64,000 bases of DNA, taken from assembly GCA_044892505.1 (NCBI GenBank), contig CM097882.1, forward strand, positions 309,132,001 to 309,196,000, in the 5' to 3' direction. This document shows, piece by piece, positions 1 through 11,361 of the stretch (position 1 is its first letter; every line of letters starts with the position of its first letter). The notes under the pieces are model-generated. The model had not been told where the DNA came from. It worked only from the letters and a program-made list of their open reading frames with translations, and did no database searches. Both the position numbers and the translations under genes were made by a program. The DNA comes from Schmidtea nova. Taxonomy: Eukaryota.

Positions 1-626
1 TAATTTTTTAATTAATGTTTTTGTATTTTAATTAATTTGTAATTTTTTGTGTTTTTATTAATTTCTACTTTATTTTTTAAATTTTCACTTTACTTTTGAG
101 TCACTTCTGCCAAACCCCAACAGTATAATATAACCTATAATATAAATTTAAAATTAATTATATAGAAAATGCAAACTTGCGTGGTTGTTAATTTGTGATC
201 TTACATGGAATAAGATTTTATTGTGATAGAAAAAGTGTAACACATGAAAAAATGAATCTAAACTTGGAAAGTCTGCAACAATTTGACGTAAACAGTTCTA
301 TTAGAATTATAGTCAGTTTTAAAAACAAAGTTTTGGATAAAAACTTTGAATTTCCGAGAGAAGTTTTCTAAAAAATGAAGAAATAAAACTGTAAAAATTT
401 AATTAATTTATTATTTATATTTTCAAAATATAAATTGATCAAGATCTTATGTTTCCTGAAGGTCAATAGACCTTAGATATTTTTCAATTTATGATAAATT
501 TAACATTTTCTTATAACAATTTAGACATTTCTGAAGTCTCTGATAACGCAACTGGCAAATGCTAGAATTTTGGTAATGTTAGATATCTAAAAGAAAACTC
601 CTAAATTTTAATTAATTTAAATAATT

Positions 627-1535
627 TATTGGGTTTAATAATGAAAGTCGGTATTATCCTATGACTCCTGGTGCTCTTATTATTTTAGACAAATCAATAA
701 TACGCAAAATAATTACTTTTATCTAAGTTCAGCACAATCACTACACTTTGTCAATTACAATTTTCTTTATCTGTACTTTTCTTGCGTTAGGAGTAAGTCT
801 TCGAGCTGGAGATCGCCCTTTTTTGTATGCAATAATTGATTTGATTCGAATGATATTATCTTTATGCTTTCTAATCCTACTAAACTTTTTTTGAATTTAC
901 TAGAATCACTCTGAAAATATATCTTGGGCCAAATGGAAAATTTTGAGTATTTGCCTTTGTTTATATAGTGACTCAAATTTAAAAAATTGACTGAGTTTCA
1001 ATTCAATTTGACGGCAAAAAAAGAATTTTCCTTTTTATTTTTTCTCTGCAGTGTATTCCGTTGTTTTCCAATTTTAGGTTTTCAAATTTTCCTAAACAAA
1101 TTTAATTACTTGTTTTCTGATTCGGGTTTCCCACATGGCTTGGATTTTCCATAAGTTCACTAATTCGCTCAACAAATTCGATTATTTTGCTTTGAACTCG
1201 AGTTTCCAACACTTCCCAAATTTCATTTGACTCGTGTTTCACATTAGCTTGGATTTTCATTAGGTAATTAACTTTTCTAATTAACTTATAATTTCTTAAT
1301 ATTTATTTCTGGGGACACCCATTGATTTTATATTATTATATTTGAATTCATCTCATCTTTTCGCATCCGGCCATACGAGTTTCCCCTGCAAAATATTGAT
1401 TTTGATTTTTTTTTCAATTTTAAATTAACTTTTTGCCCTTTATTTGTTGCTTTTAGAATTTCGTTATTTTATTGATTTGCATTTAATTTTCTGATCATTT
1501 TATTTAATTTTCGTGTCTTTTTAGATGAACCCCAA
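627..1535. mobile_element. Degenerate copy of a TG...CA repeat family (solo-LTR-like), related to 3715-4798 and 43561-44318
   Basis: 627-850 aligns by eye to the reverse complement of 44100-44318 (tattggg.., tatgactcc.., tttcttgcgttagg); 1120-1270 matches 43830-43870. Ends and TSD are degenerate. Confidence 0.45.
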
Positions 1536-2307
1536 CGATATTATAACAGAGTTTCCTATGTTTACTAAAACAGATTAATTAATGCCATGGAGAATGGCAA
1601 AAATGTTTTGTAAAACATTTCAGTTAAAGATTATTTTTACTTAGTTTTACTTAAAGTGAAATAAATTCAAAAGCTTCATAAAAATTAAGATTTTCGACAA
1701 AGATTTCTGAAAATAAAATTATAGAATATTGATCAAATTAAAACGCTTGTTAAATAATCTCATATTACTATAAAATCCAAATAAAAGCCGTAAAATTAAC
1801 TTTTTAGGCTTACTTATCTATTTTAAAACATGGCTAAGAAAATATTTATGACTAATATTTATTTACATACCTGTGTATTATAAACAATGTTATACCATTA
1901 AAACTCTAAAGTTTAACAAGAATTAAGTAGTTTTAAATTAATTAAGGGTTACTGGGAGGGGCTAGAGCAAAAATACAAATAAATTGATTGATCTCATTAT
2001 TCATCAAAGAGTAAGTAGAAGTGTGGACGAGGTAACAAATATATATATGATGTCATCGCATGTGTTTATCAAATCAAAATCAAGAGACCCCGAGGAAGGG
2101 GTGCTTTTTTGCACACACACACGATGAGTCATCAATTTTTATGTTTAAGATCATTTTAATTACAAAAAATAACAAGGTCATCATAAGGTCAATGCCATTA
2201 TAAGGTCAAATTTTAAAAAATTCAAAAAACTTTAAAAATTACGAAAAAACATACCAAACTTCAAAAATTCAAAAAACTGATTATCAACATTATTTAAAAT
2301 ACATTTA

Positions 2308-2526
2308 TTAAAAAATACATTGAGCGATTCTAGCGCTGTTGATTTTCCTATTCGGATTCATTGATTCTTTTGGATCTACTTTATAGCCTTGAATCGACAC
2401 ATCCATAAACCAATCTTCATTATCCATTAATTCAACGGATTGAAATGCATCATGGAAGTCGGTTTTCCTGTTGTTGATAAATATTGTTTCATTGCAAGAT
2501 AATTTCTTGTTGATTTTCATCAACAC
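2308..2526 (-). pseudogene. Fragment of Maverick accessory protein, homolog of 27181-27709 (putative OB-fold ssDNA-binding protein)
   Basis: LMKINKKLSCNE...LMDNEDWFMDVSIQGYK aligns with LMLINKDIQFNE...LDDNSMYQIQIILQGFK of the ORF at 27452. Confidence 0.55.
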
Positions 2527-3221
2527 TTTATTGATCGCAACAATATTTTCTTTATAAAGCTGACCAATTAAGTTTGAATATTGCGAAGTCGAATGGAAAT
2601 TTCATTTTGAATGGAATTTCATTTACTAAGAAAAAGATTTGATAATCGTGAAACATCTGAACCAGTCGTAAATCAAACTTGGTTTGAATTGATTTGGTTT
2701 TGTTCTTAACTGGTTTCATTTTAACTGAATCTTTATTGGACTCGATTTGCAGAAAAGATTTTGTATTTTATGAACAAGACTAATTTTGTTTGCTTATTTA
2801 TACTCGTCATAGTCTGTGTTCAAACAATCAGATTCATGAATCTGTATTGCACATGACATGCATCGCTATTGCAACTTGAATACAATTCTTGTGTGTGAGA
2901 AAATTTACGAAATTTAATGTGTGTGTCTACTAATATGTGTATAAATAATGTTATGTGCATGTACTGCAACTTCATTGCATATCGATTGCAACTTCATTAT
3001 TATGATTAATATGATTAATAGTATAATTATTATAATTGGTGAATTAGTTATAAGTGTATTATTATTATTACTATTTTTTCAAAGTATAATATTCATAAAT
3101 CTTAACAAAAACAACCACTTCCAATAAAATGTATAATAAAATAAACAAAGACAAATAAAATTCTAAACATTTATTAAAAATAACATTAACATATCTTCAG
3201 CTCTTTTCGGAACAACAATTT

Positions 3222-3446
3222 CTACGTCCTATATATCCAACTTTCACATCTATAGGCACATATGATGTTGGCACTGCAAGTGGTTAGATCATCATCTACA
3301 CAATTTAGATGATCAATTAGGAATTCATTCATATCGATCCTTGTTAGTGCCATTATCTTGTAAGGCAACAGCTCCGGGGCGCAGTAAACCAATTCTTTCA
3401 TCAGCTTTGGGTAAAGATCATCTATCTTCGTAATTAGAACTACCAT
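3222..3446 (-). pseudogene. Maverick Cys-rich 'YCAPEL' accessory ORF (family B copy)
   Basis: LYPKL...YCAPELL motif shared with 35817-36131; a second partial copy lies at 38770-38900. Confidence 0.7.
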
Positions 3447-3714
3447 CAGTTTTTCTAAAAGAAATGAAAACTATAAGAAATGCCTAAATATAAATCCATG
3501 CTTACCATTAGATATTTTTACAACATCTTTTTTGCTGTTATAAATGTAATGAAATTGATATCAGTATATATACAGTTTAATCGTACTCACCAACAACAAT
3601 GGAAATCAAGTTTATTAATGAGTAATAAAGGTTTTAAAGATTCGATAAAGACTTGGTCAATACTCTAGGATTAAATAAACAAACATTTAGAGATAGAAAC
3701 ATTATTTATGGTAC

Positions 3715-4798
3715 TGTTGGGTTCTGGGGTTGTTGGTGAAATGGTAAAAGTTACCAATCAAATATCTGACTCCAAAACGTGTTTTTAATTGACCTCAATA
3801 ACACTTTCAACAACACAAACTTTATTGATTATTACACTGATTTACACGATTCAATTCTCACAACCAATTCAATAAACTCTTTTGAAAATTATACGAGCAT
3901 ATTACGACACTTCGTGAAGAATAGCTCACTTGTATATTGCCTAGAAAACAACTACTAACCACTGATTTGATTTAATACAGGTACTTGGTTTCGATTGTTT
4001 CCGCGCTTTGACTTTATTCTTTGTTAACCGCTCCGACTCTTTATTCAATCAAAATGTTTTGTTTTGTTCAATTAGATTATTTCGCTCTCGGTTTTCCACA
4101 CACAATTTAATCTTCTATCGTTTTCCAATTTTACGCACTCGCCCTTAATCAATTGCACTCGAATTCACTAGTTTCTTTGTCAACACTTCTTCAATTTTAG
4201 TTCTCCGATTCTCCGATTTGCTTCTTCGAATTTACTTCTATTTTTCTTCTCTAATTTTACTTCTCCAATTTTACTTTTGATTCAGTTCCGATTGCTTTCG
4301 CCTTTTATAGTTTGTCATTGTTCGTCACTCATGGCATTTCGCCTTTGCCATTCCCATCGTTGGTATTTTCCAATTTTCTCCCGCAACTCCCATGTTACGC
4401 CGGACAGTTCGGCACTCGTGACCACTTCCCATGCTTCTTTAGAACTCCCATGCTGCCTTTAGCAGCTCGGCTACTTTGTATTTTCTTTTTGCCGCTCCAG
4501 CCTGTTTTCTTTTCGCTTCCACTATCTCTGACAAACTGTCGAGATAAATTCGTCGTTGTTATTTTTGTTATTCCCAATTTGAAATTCCTTTTTCCTATGT
4601 ACTAATTAATTAGTACTGACCTTTGTTTTTATTTTCCTGTCTGATTTCTTTTGTCTGATTCCTCCTTCTCATTTCTCATTTCTTTTTATTTCCGTTTTCT
4701 TTTCTGAGTTCCCATTAGCCATCTCATTCGTCATGACGATTTTTCCCCAGGTAATTTTATTTATTTATTAGTAGATTATTATTTGGGTATCCTCAACA
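3715..4798. mobile_element. TG...CA element (solo LTR or Ginger-like non-autonomous element), 1084 bp, inserted in a Maverick penton remnant
   Basis: Starts TGTTGGG, ends CCTCAACA; 4-bp TSD GTAC (3711-3714 and 4799-4802). Removing it rejoins penton-like LGLNKQTFRDRNIIYGTEKPKFHVHHQQMFIYSN. Confidence 0.8.
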
Positions 4799-5684
4799 GT
4801 ACTGAGAAACCTAAATTTCATGTGCATCATCAACAAATGTTCATTTACAGTAACATCATTGAAAACAAATGCTTTGTCTGCAATTGGTAAAGTACTGCCT
4901 ACTTTGACTAGTATGATTCCTGGTGTAACAAGTATGTCTAAAAAAAATGAACCTGAACCCAAGCCTGAACAAGTGGGGCCTAGACGTAAAAAGCATCTTT
5001 TGAACCGACCATCACCTCAAGCAGTCATTGAATATGGAGCATTTGAAGAAATATTTCCCTTGAATTATATCACAGATTTAAGAAATAATGTGGAATTTTA
5101 CATTAGCGGATCTCAATCTGAATATTTGGATTTGAATGATATTTTACTAACAGTTCAAGTAAAAGTTGTAAAGGCTGATAAAAAAGATTTTTTCTGCAAC
5201 TAATGAAGTTATACCAAACAATTTAGTGTTTCATTCTCAATTCAAGAATGCAATTCTTGGTTTTAACAATATCAAGATTGAAGGTGGAAACAATACTTAT
5301 GCACACAAGGCAATTATCGAAACTTTTAAATTATAATGTGATACTAAAGAAACTTGTCTTACTTCAATGGGATATGGAGGTTCTGACGAGAGAAAAGCAT
5401 GGATCAAAGGCTCAAAATTATTCACAATTTGCTCATCCTTATAACTAGATTTCATTACCAGGTGTCAATATTCACATCAGACTGAATTGATCTGATTCTG
5501 CAATATCACTATATTCAAGAAATGACGCGCTAAAATACAATAGTTGATGCAAACTTAATGATTTGTCGTGTTCGCGTTGAACCATATGTATTAGCTGGAG
5601 ATCAAGTTGAAACGTATACTCAAGATTTCGAAAATGATAATTATTGTACACCATATATGCAGTCGATTGTCAGAAATATGGGAT

Positions 5685-6434
5685 TGTAATAGTCAACAGA
5701 GAGTAATGCTATTAATAGTAATTGTAACAGTTGTGCGAATTTTTATATAAGTTGTTGTTGATGGGTATTATTTGTTTGGGCTTATAACTGATAATGAATG
5801 TAAGTAAGTGTGTGTTAATGAGGTAGATTGAAGAGCCCAGCAGAGTCTCCGGTAAAATTTCTGTCTTGGGACAACTAGGGTGAATACCATTTGTTAAAAG
5901 TGTGTGCTTTAAATAAATAAATAACAGAATAACGCAGAATTAATTTAACAATTTTTAATTTTATTTAATCAACAAGTTTAATGCTGCAAAAATATTGAAC
6001 TTATGTAATAGTCTTCTTATCATTCATAAAATTCATAAAATCATTATTTGTTATTTTCTAATTTCTATTCCTTAGTAATTTCTATAGTTATATTTTTGTT
6101 AAATATAGAAATTTTTTTAATGATTATTTTTAATTTCATAATTTCATAATTATGTAATAATTTTTACAAAATAACTTAAAAATTCAAACACACCACAACG
6201 AACAACACTAGTAGTATGTAAAAAGTAGACGGAAGCTGGTCTTAAATCACATATTTGAAAGTCATCCGCTTCACTCCTGACCTCTAAAACACATGCTTGC
6301 CGGCTTCCGTCTACCTTTTACATACTACTAACACTACATGGAAGGTCAGAAATCAAAAATAAAAATGGCACAAGCACCCAAAATTATCAAGACTAACAAA
6401 TCAGTCAAAAGCAAATTAGAATGCGTACACTTCA
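5685..6434. mobile_element. Solo LTR (750 bp including a nested MITE)
   Basis: TGTAATAG...CTTCA with 5-bp TSD GGGAT (5680-5684 and 6435-6439). Excision restores MCP IVRNMGYLNK. Shares a GAAGAGCCCA..AGAGTCTCC motif with 37930 and 48090. Confidence 0.8.
6210..6329. mobile_element. 120-bp Maverick-like MITE
   Basis: 30-bp TIRs (28/30 identical) beginning AGTAGTATGT; 6-bp TSD AACACT (6204-6209 and 6330-6335). Confidence 0.8.
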
Positions 6435-6754
6435 GGGATATTTGAATAAGAATTTGAATTGTTGTATAACTCTTGCTGATGTTAAAAACAAATACCTATT
6501 CTTTACATTTGTTTTGGTACCAGATTTCGATTTAAATAAAAGTCAATTACCTCAAAACGGAAATTCGAGACTGGATATAAAATTCGCTAAAGCTATTGAA
6601 GAACCAGTACATGTAATAATATAGTTAAAAAATGAAATTCAAATTACTACAAATTGAACAGTACTGGTTTGAACTCTGTTTAAAAAACTATCAGAATAAT
6701 CTTTGTTCAAAGAACAAACAGTATAAATGAATTATTCAAAGTCAACCAATTTTC

Positions 6755-7123
6755 ATGGAATAAGCTTTATTATTTATTAATTAAATTTATTTATTTAGTT
6801 CTAATCAGTTTAATGGAATTGGAAAACAGATATTGGGTAATAAATTTATTGGAGTATATCCACTAGATAAAATCTCGTACTTAGATGCCAACTAAGTCAT
6901 AATCGTTAATATTCAATCATCTACCCTGGGCATTAAACATTGGATAGCTGTATATGTGAAACCAATCAAGATTTACACATTCGATCCATTTGGACGTTAC
7001 TATCCAGGTTTATTAGTTAGTAAACTTCAAACATTAGGTAAACCAATTGTATATAATCGAACTCGGTATCAAAGTTCATTACCAATTACTTGTGGTCAAC
7101 ATTGCCTTGCATGGCTTAATTGA
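6755..7123 (+). pseudogene. Maverick adenain-like cysteine protease pseudogene
   Basis: KFIGVYPLD...HWIAVY...FDPFG...YQ...TCGQHCLAW, homologous to 28713-29015. ATGGA micro-exon with a decayed donor and a TTAG acceptor at 6797-6798. Confidence 0.85.
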
Positions 7124-7169
7124 ATGTTAAAAGTGTAAATAATGTAGTTAAATAAATGTTTTTAGAAAA

Positions 7170-7460
7170 ATGAATTGTTATTTTATTGATATTTATGGTT
7201 GTAATGATAATTGTGGTGGAATAATTATTAAAGAATTATGTATTATGAATGTAAATAATATATTTAGACCAAGATATTGGATATGTATTGATGTTCAATT
7301 TTGGGCTGGAATTGGTGAACCTGGTAGATTAGAATGGTATGAAGGGGAAGATCAGCTTGTCCTACATGTATTTTGAAATAAATTAAAGATGTTGGTGCAA
7401 TTTTCTATATCACTGAGCAAGAAACACTTACTGTTTTAAAGAGATATTTCCCTTCGCGAT
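7170..7460 (+). pseudogene. Possible DEDD/RNase H-fold nuclease-like accessory ORF of Maverick (decayed)
   Basis: IDIYG...IIKEL...LEWYEGE...FYI resembles the D-x-x-G-F...I-x-K-E-L ORF family I recall from invertebrate Mavericks; contains a stop. Confidence 0.4.
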
Positions 7461-7992
7461 GAATGATTTTAATGCTCCGATGAATAGTTTAATACCGCAA
7501 CGTACAATTCAGCGATGAAAGGAGGAAATGATTTTAATACCGCGACGATTATACCACGAGGAATGGAAGAAATTAATCCAAATGTAAGATTTGTGAATTG
7601 TTTAATATATTTTTTATTTAAACATTTGATAAAGTTTTTAAATAACAATTTNNNNNNNNNNNNNNNNNNNNNNNNNNNNNNNNNNNNNNNNNNNNNNNNN
7701 NNNNNNNNNNNNNNNNNNNNNNNNNNNNNNNNNNNNNNNNNNNNNNNNNNNNNNNNNNNNNNNNNNNNNNNNNNNNNNNNNNNNNNNNNNNNNNNNNNNN
7801 NNNNNNNNNNNNNNTAACTAATTTATATAAATAAATTACCACGATTCGGAAATAATAATTCTAATAATAAATCAATAAATTATAATATTCAAAAATCTCT
7901 ATTTTACAACACAATATTCAAACAATATTCTAATAATTATAATATTAAACGAATTTGTAATATTATTAATTCACATATAACATTCCCCCGTC

Positions 7993-10900
7993 TTATTCGG
8001 CTCTCAACTCGAAATCGTCGTATAATCTCGGCTTCACATTTCTATTGTGTCTTTTCGGGTATCTTCCTGTGGTCTCTTTATTCTCTTCCGTTGACGTTGC
8101 TTCGTTAACCTCTTCCAATCTCTCCGATTCCTTTGTTCTTGACCATATACTTGTTCCCCAACTGTCCGTCTCTATCTTTGCTATTTCTGATCTTTCTGGG
8201 ATAATCTTAATCTGGTTAAAATTACGCTGTATTATCTTCCCATCAGCCTCGCTTCTTAATTTAAAAGTCCAATCATTTACTTTCTCCAGTATTTCATATG
8301 GGCCGCAGTATTTCTCCCCAAATCCTTGTTTCTGAACTACTTTTACTAATGCCGAATCTCCTATTTTGACGTCTTTATTCCATCTATTTCGATTGTAAAT
8401 CTTTTCGTTATATACTCTCACTTTATCAGTTCTCTTTTTTACTTCCTCTTCTATGTTCGTTAACTCTGTTCTCAGTTTTCTCATGAATTCTCCGTAGTCT
8501 TGTGGTCCTATTATGTCGCTTGTTTCTTCTTTTACTTTTGGTGTTCTGCCGAACATTAATTCTATCGGTTTATATCCAGTACTTTTATGGACTGTGTTCC
8601 TTACTCCATATTCTACCGTGTGTACTGTTGAATCCCATTCCTTCGTCTTCCTGTCGAACATGGTCGCTGCCATCATACTTTTTGCTGTTTGGAACATTCT
8701 TTCGATTAAGCCGTCAGATTGTGGGTAGTACGGTGATGTACAGGTTTTCTTTGTTCCTATCAGACTGCACAAACCCTTAAACATATTTGACTCAAAATTC
8801 TTTCCCTGATCTGAGTGAATCCTTTCTGGTATACCGAATTTTGTGATCCATTCTTCCCATATTGCTCTAGCCACTGTTTCTGTCTTAATTTCTGGGAGTG
8901 GTATTAGACATGGATATTTTGTGAAGTAGTCAATTAATCCCAGAATGTATCTATTTCCTTTTCTTGTCATTGGAAAAGGTCCGGTAATGTCTATTCCCAA
9001 AATTTCTAAAGGTCTACTGCTTATAAAACTCTGTAGTGGTGCTCTAACTCTTCCGTTTATATACTTGTTGTGTTGACAGGCTATACATCGGTTTACTCTA
9101 TCTATAACGTTCTCGTTGATATTTGGCCAATAGTATCTTTCTTTGGCTGCTCTCGTAGTTCTTTCAATGCCAACATGTCCCAATTCCCGATGTAACTCGT
9201 CAATATATCTATTTCTTTCTTCTTCTGGTAGTATTTTCCTATGTCCTTCTGCTTTCTTAATCATAAGATTTCCTTCACTGACATACATAAGCTCCGCTTT
9301 TCTCCATAGTTCTAAGTTTTTCCAGTTTTGTTCTTTTCTCCCTTGCTGTATCCAATCGATTATTTGCCTAACTTCTGAATCCGTCTTCGTATTTATCTGA
9401 CATATAATTCTTTCTGACTTGTTCTCTTCTGTAGAAGTGTTTTCTTCCTCGTAAACTTTTACATTTTGTTTCTTTCTTGGGTCCGCGTGTTTCAGTCGGC
9501 ATTGTTCGCATGGTGTAATTCTTGACAATGCATCCGCATTGCAATGGTCTTTCCCTTTTCTAAATTCCACTTTCATGTCATATATTTCTAGTTCTGCTTT
9601 CCATACACAATATTGAGAGGTGTTTGGGCTACTCCAATCTAATAACCATTTAAGTGCTTGATGATCTGTTCTTACTGTGAACTTTTTACCTACTAAATAA
9701 TACTTGTATTTTAATACAAATGTATAAATTGCCAAAAGTTCCTTGCGTGTGATACAGTATTTCCTCTGCGTTTTCGTCATAGTCTTCGATCCATACGCAA
9801 TAACTTTCTCCTTCCCATCTTGGATTTGAGACAGGACGGCCCCTATTGAATCGTTAGACGCGTCTGTGTCTAAAACGTAGTATCCATCTGTAGTTGGTAA
9901 TGCTAATATTGGCGGTGATAGTAAAGCCTGTCTTAATCTCTCGAACGATCCTTGTCTTTCCTCCGTCCATTCAAATTTGTTTTCTGTTCGAAGCATTTCG
10001 TTTAAAGGTTCTGTCGTCTTAGCGTAGCCTTTAATGAAGTTTCTGTAATATCCCGTCATCCCTAAAAATGTCCTTAACTCTTTCTGACACATTGGCTTCT
10101 TATATTCTCTTATCGCTTTGGTTTTGTCTGGGTCCGTCTGTACTCCTTCTTCGTTTATAATGTGTCCCAAATATCTTACCTCGTTTTTTAGCAAGTGGCA
10201 TTTCTCCGGTGATAATTTTAGTCCCGCTTCTCTCATCTTTTGTAGTACTCTATCTAATCTTTCGTTGTGCTCTTCAATTGTTTTTCCGAATACCAGAATA
10301 TCGTCCAAATATATCACACAGTTAGTCCAGTTCTCTCCTCTTAAGACTACGTTCATTATTCTTTGAAATGTTGCTGGTGCAGCACACAATCCGAATGGCA
10401 TTCTTGTGAACTCGTATTGGCCAAATCTCGTGCTGAATGCTGTTTTCCTTATATCCTCTTCTGCGATTGGAATTTGATAGTATCCACTGGACATATCTAA
10501 TGTGGAAAAGAATTTCGCGTTTCCGATCGTATCAAAGACTTCGTTTGCTGATGGTATTGGAAATATTGCTCTTTCTGTTTTTGCATTTAAAGCTCTGTAG
10601 TCGATGCACATTCTCATATCCCCATTCTTCTTTTTTGTTACCACTATGGGAAAGTTCCATGGTGAATTGCTTTCTCTAATAATTCCCGCTTCTTCCAATT
10701 CTGTAATGTATCTTCTCACATCTTCCTCCAATCCCCTTGGTATCCTTCTATGTTTGAATGCTATCGGTGTTGTTTTCCCCGTTTCTATAGTGTGTTGTCC
10801 CACATTTGTCTTCCCAATATCCATTTTGTAACTACTGAATACATCTTTGTTCCGCCATAAAATTTGTGAAATATTCTGTTTTTCTGTTATTGTTAATCTA

Positions 10901-11361
10901 TCGTCTAGTTTGTTTATCAACCCTTTCACAATTTTGTCTATACTTCTCTTTTCTTTGTTTTGGTCGATTGTTGACAATTTCATCAATGTGTTATTTTTTC
11001 CCTCCTTGTCCGTCCATTCTTCCACTTCTCCCAGTGTTGTTCCTGTATGTAGACTTTTCACTCCTCCTTCCTGCATATTAATTCGGACCCAAATCAATCC
11101 CTCGGAACATGTTGCTAGTCCATCTGCTACCAGTATACCTCTTTCCTCCATCTTGTTCTTGTTTCCTGTAAATAAACAATTAGTTACGTCTTCCTTTATC
11201 CTTTCGTTCTCCTTATCTACTATCATCCCTTTGATCCAATACTCTCCCTCTCCTTTCAATGTCACATTTTCTGCTACCACTACTTTTCTCGTTTCTTCTT
11301 CCGTCCCTTTAACTATTCTTCCCACTCCTGGACGCCTGGGAGTGGTCTTTAACAGTTTAAA
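7993..11361 (-). CDS. pol: Gypsy pol (RT, RNase H, integrase), reached by a -1 frameshift
   Basis: SPWNFP, MCIDYRALN, YLDD, LDTDAS, TDHQAL, HVG...YYWP...C..C, GIDITGPF, HSDQGKNF, SDGLIER; domain order RT-RH-IN. Confidence 0.95.
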   Translation of the reverse strand, partial: FKLLKTTPRRPGVGRIVKGTEEETRKVVVAENVTLKGEGEYWIKGMIVDKENERIKEDVTNCLFTGNKNKMEERGILVADGLATCSEGLIWVRINMQEGGVKSLHTGTTLGEVEEWTDKEGKNNTLMKLSTIDQNKEKRSIDKIVKGLINKLDDRLTITEKQNISQILWRNKDVFSSYKMDIGKTNVGQHTIETGKTTPIAFKHRRIPRGLEEDVRRYITELEEAGIIRESNSPWNFPIVVTKKKNGDMRMCIDYRALNAKTERAIFPIPSANEVFDTIGNAKFFSTLDMSSGYYQIPIAEEDIRKTAFSTRFGQYEFTRMPFGLCAAPATFQRIMNVVLRGENWTNCVIYLDDILVFGKTIEEHNERLDRVLQKMREAGLKLSPEKCHLLKNEVRYLGHIINEEGVQTDPDKTKAIREYKKPMCQKELRTFLGMTGYYRNFIKGYAKTTEPLNEMLRTENKFEWTEERQGSFERLRQALLSPPILALPTTDGYYVLDTDASNDSIGAVLSQIQDGKEKVIAYGSKTMTKTQRKYCITRKELLAIYTFVLKYKYYLVGKKFTVRTDHQALKWLLDWSSPNTSQYCVWKAELEIYDMKVEFRKGKDHCNADALSRITPCEQCRLKHADPRKKQNVKVYEEENTSTEENKSERIICQINTKTDSEVRQIIDWIQQGRKEQNWKNLELWRKAELMYVSEGNLMIKKAEGHRKILPEEERNRYIDELHRELGHVGIERTTRAAKERYYWPNINENVIDRVNRCIACQHNKYINGRVRAPLQSFISSRPLEILGIDITGPFPMTRKGNRYILGLIDYFTKYPCLIPLPEIKTETVARAIWEEWITKFGIPERIHSDQGKNFESNMFKGLCSLIGTKKTCTSPYYPQSDGLIERMFQTAKSMMAATMFDRKTKEWDSTVHTVEYGVRNTVHKSTGYKPIELMFGRTPKVKEETSDIIGPQDYGEFMRKLRTELTNIEEEVKKRTDKVRVYNEKIYNRNRWNKDVKIGDSALVKVVQKQGFGEKYCGPYEILEKVNDWTFKLRSEADGKIIQRNFNQIKIIPERSEIAKIETDSWGTSIWSRTKESERLEEVNEATSTEENKETTGRYPKRHNRNVKPRLYDDFELRAE
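11322..11361 (-). promoter_or_regulatory. -1 ribosomal frameshift signal (U UUA AAC plus stem-loop)
   Basis: TCT TTA AAC in gag frame just before the stop; 7-bp stem CCACTCC/GGAGTGG 9 nt downstream; pol is in the -1 frame. Confidence 0.8.

Larger units (their letters stand above)
4990..6660 (+). pseudogene. Maverick major capsid protein pseudogene, interrupted by an LTR
   Basis: RPSPQAVIEYGAFEEI...SQSEYLDLNDILL and FFTFVLVPDFDLNKSQLPQNGNSRLDIKF match the intact MCP at 29154-30380; multiple frameshifts. Confidence 0.9.
2010..7460. mobile_element. Decayed Maverick/Polinton (family B), inverted relative to the full-length copy
   Basis: Begins AGTAAGTAGAAGTGTGG (same terminus type at 17213 and, inverted, 41899). 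Contains fragments homologous to the YCAPEL ORF, penton (3640-3714 plus 4803-4855), major capsid and protease of 22212-37517. Confidence 0.85.
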
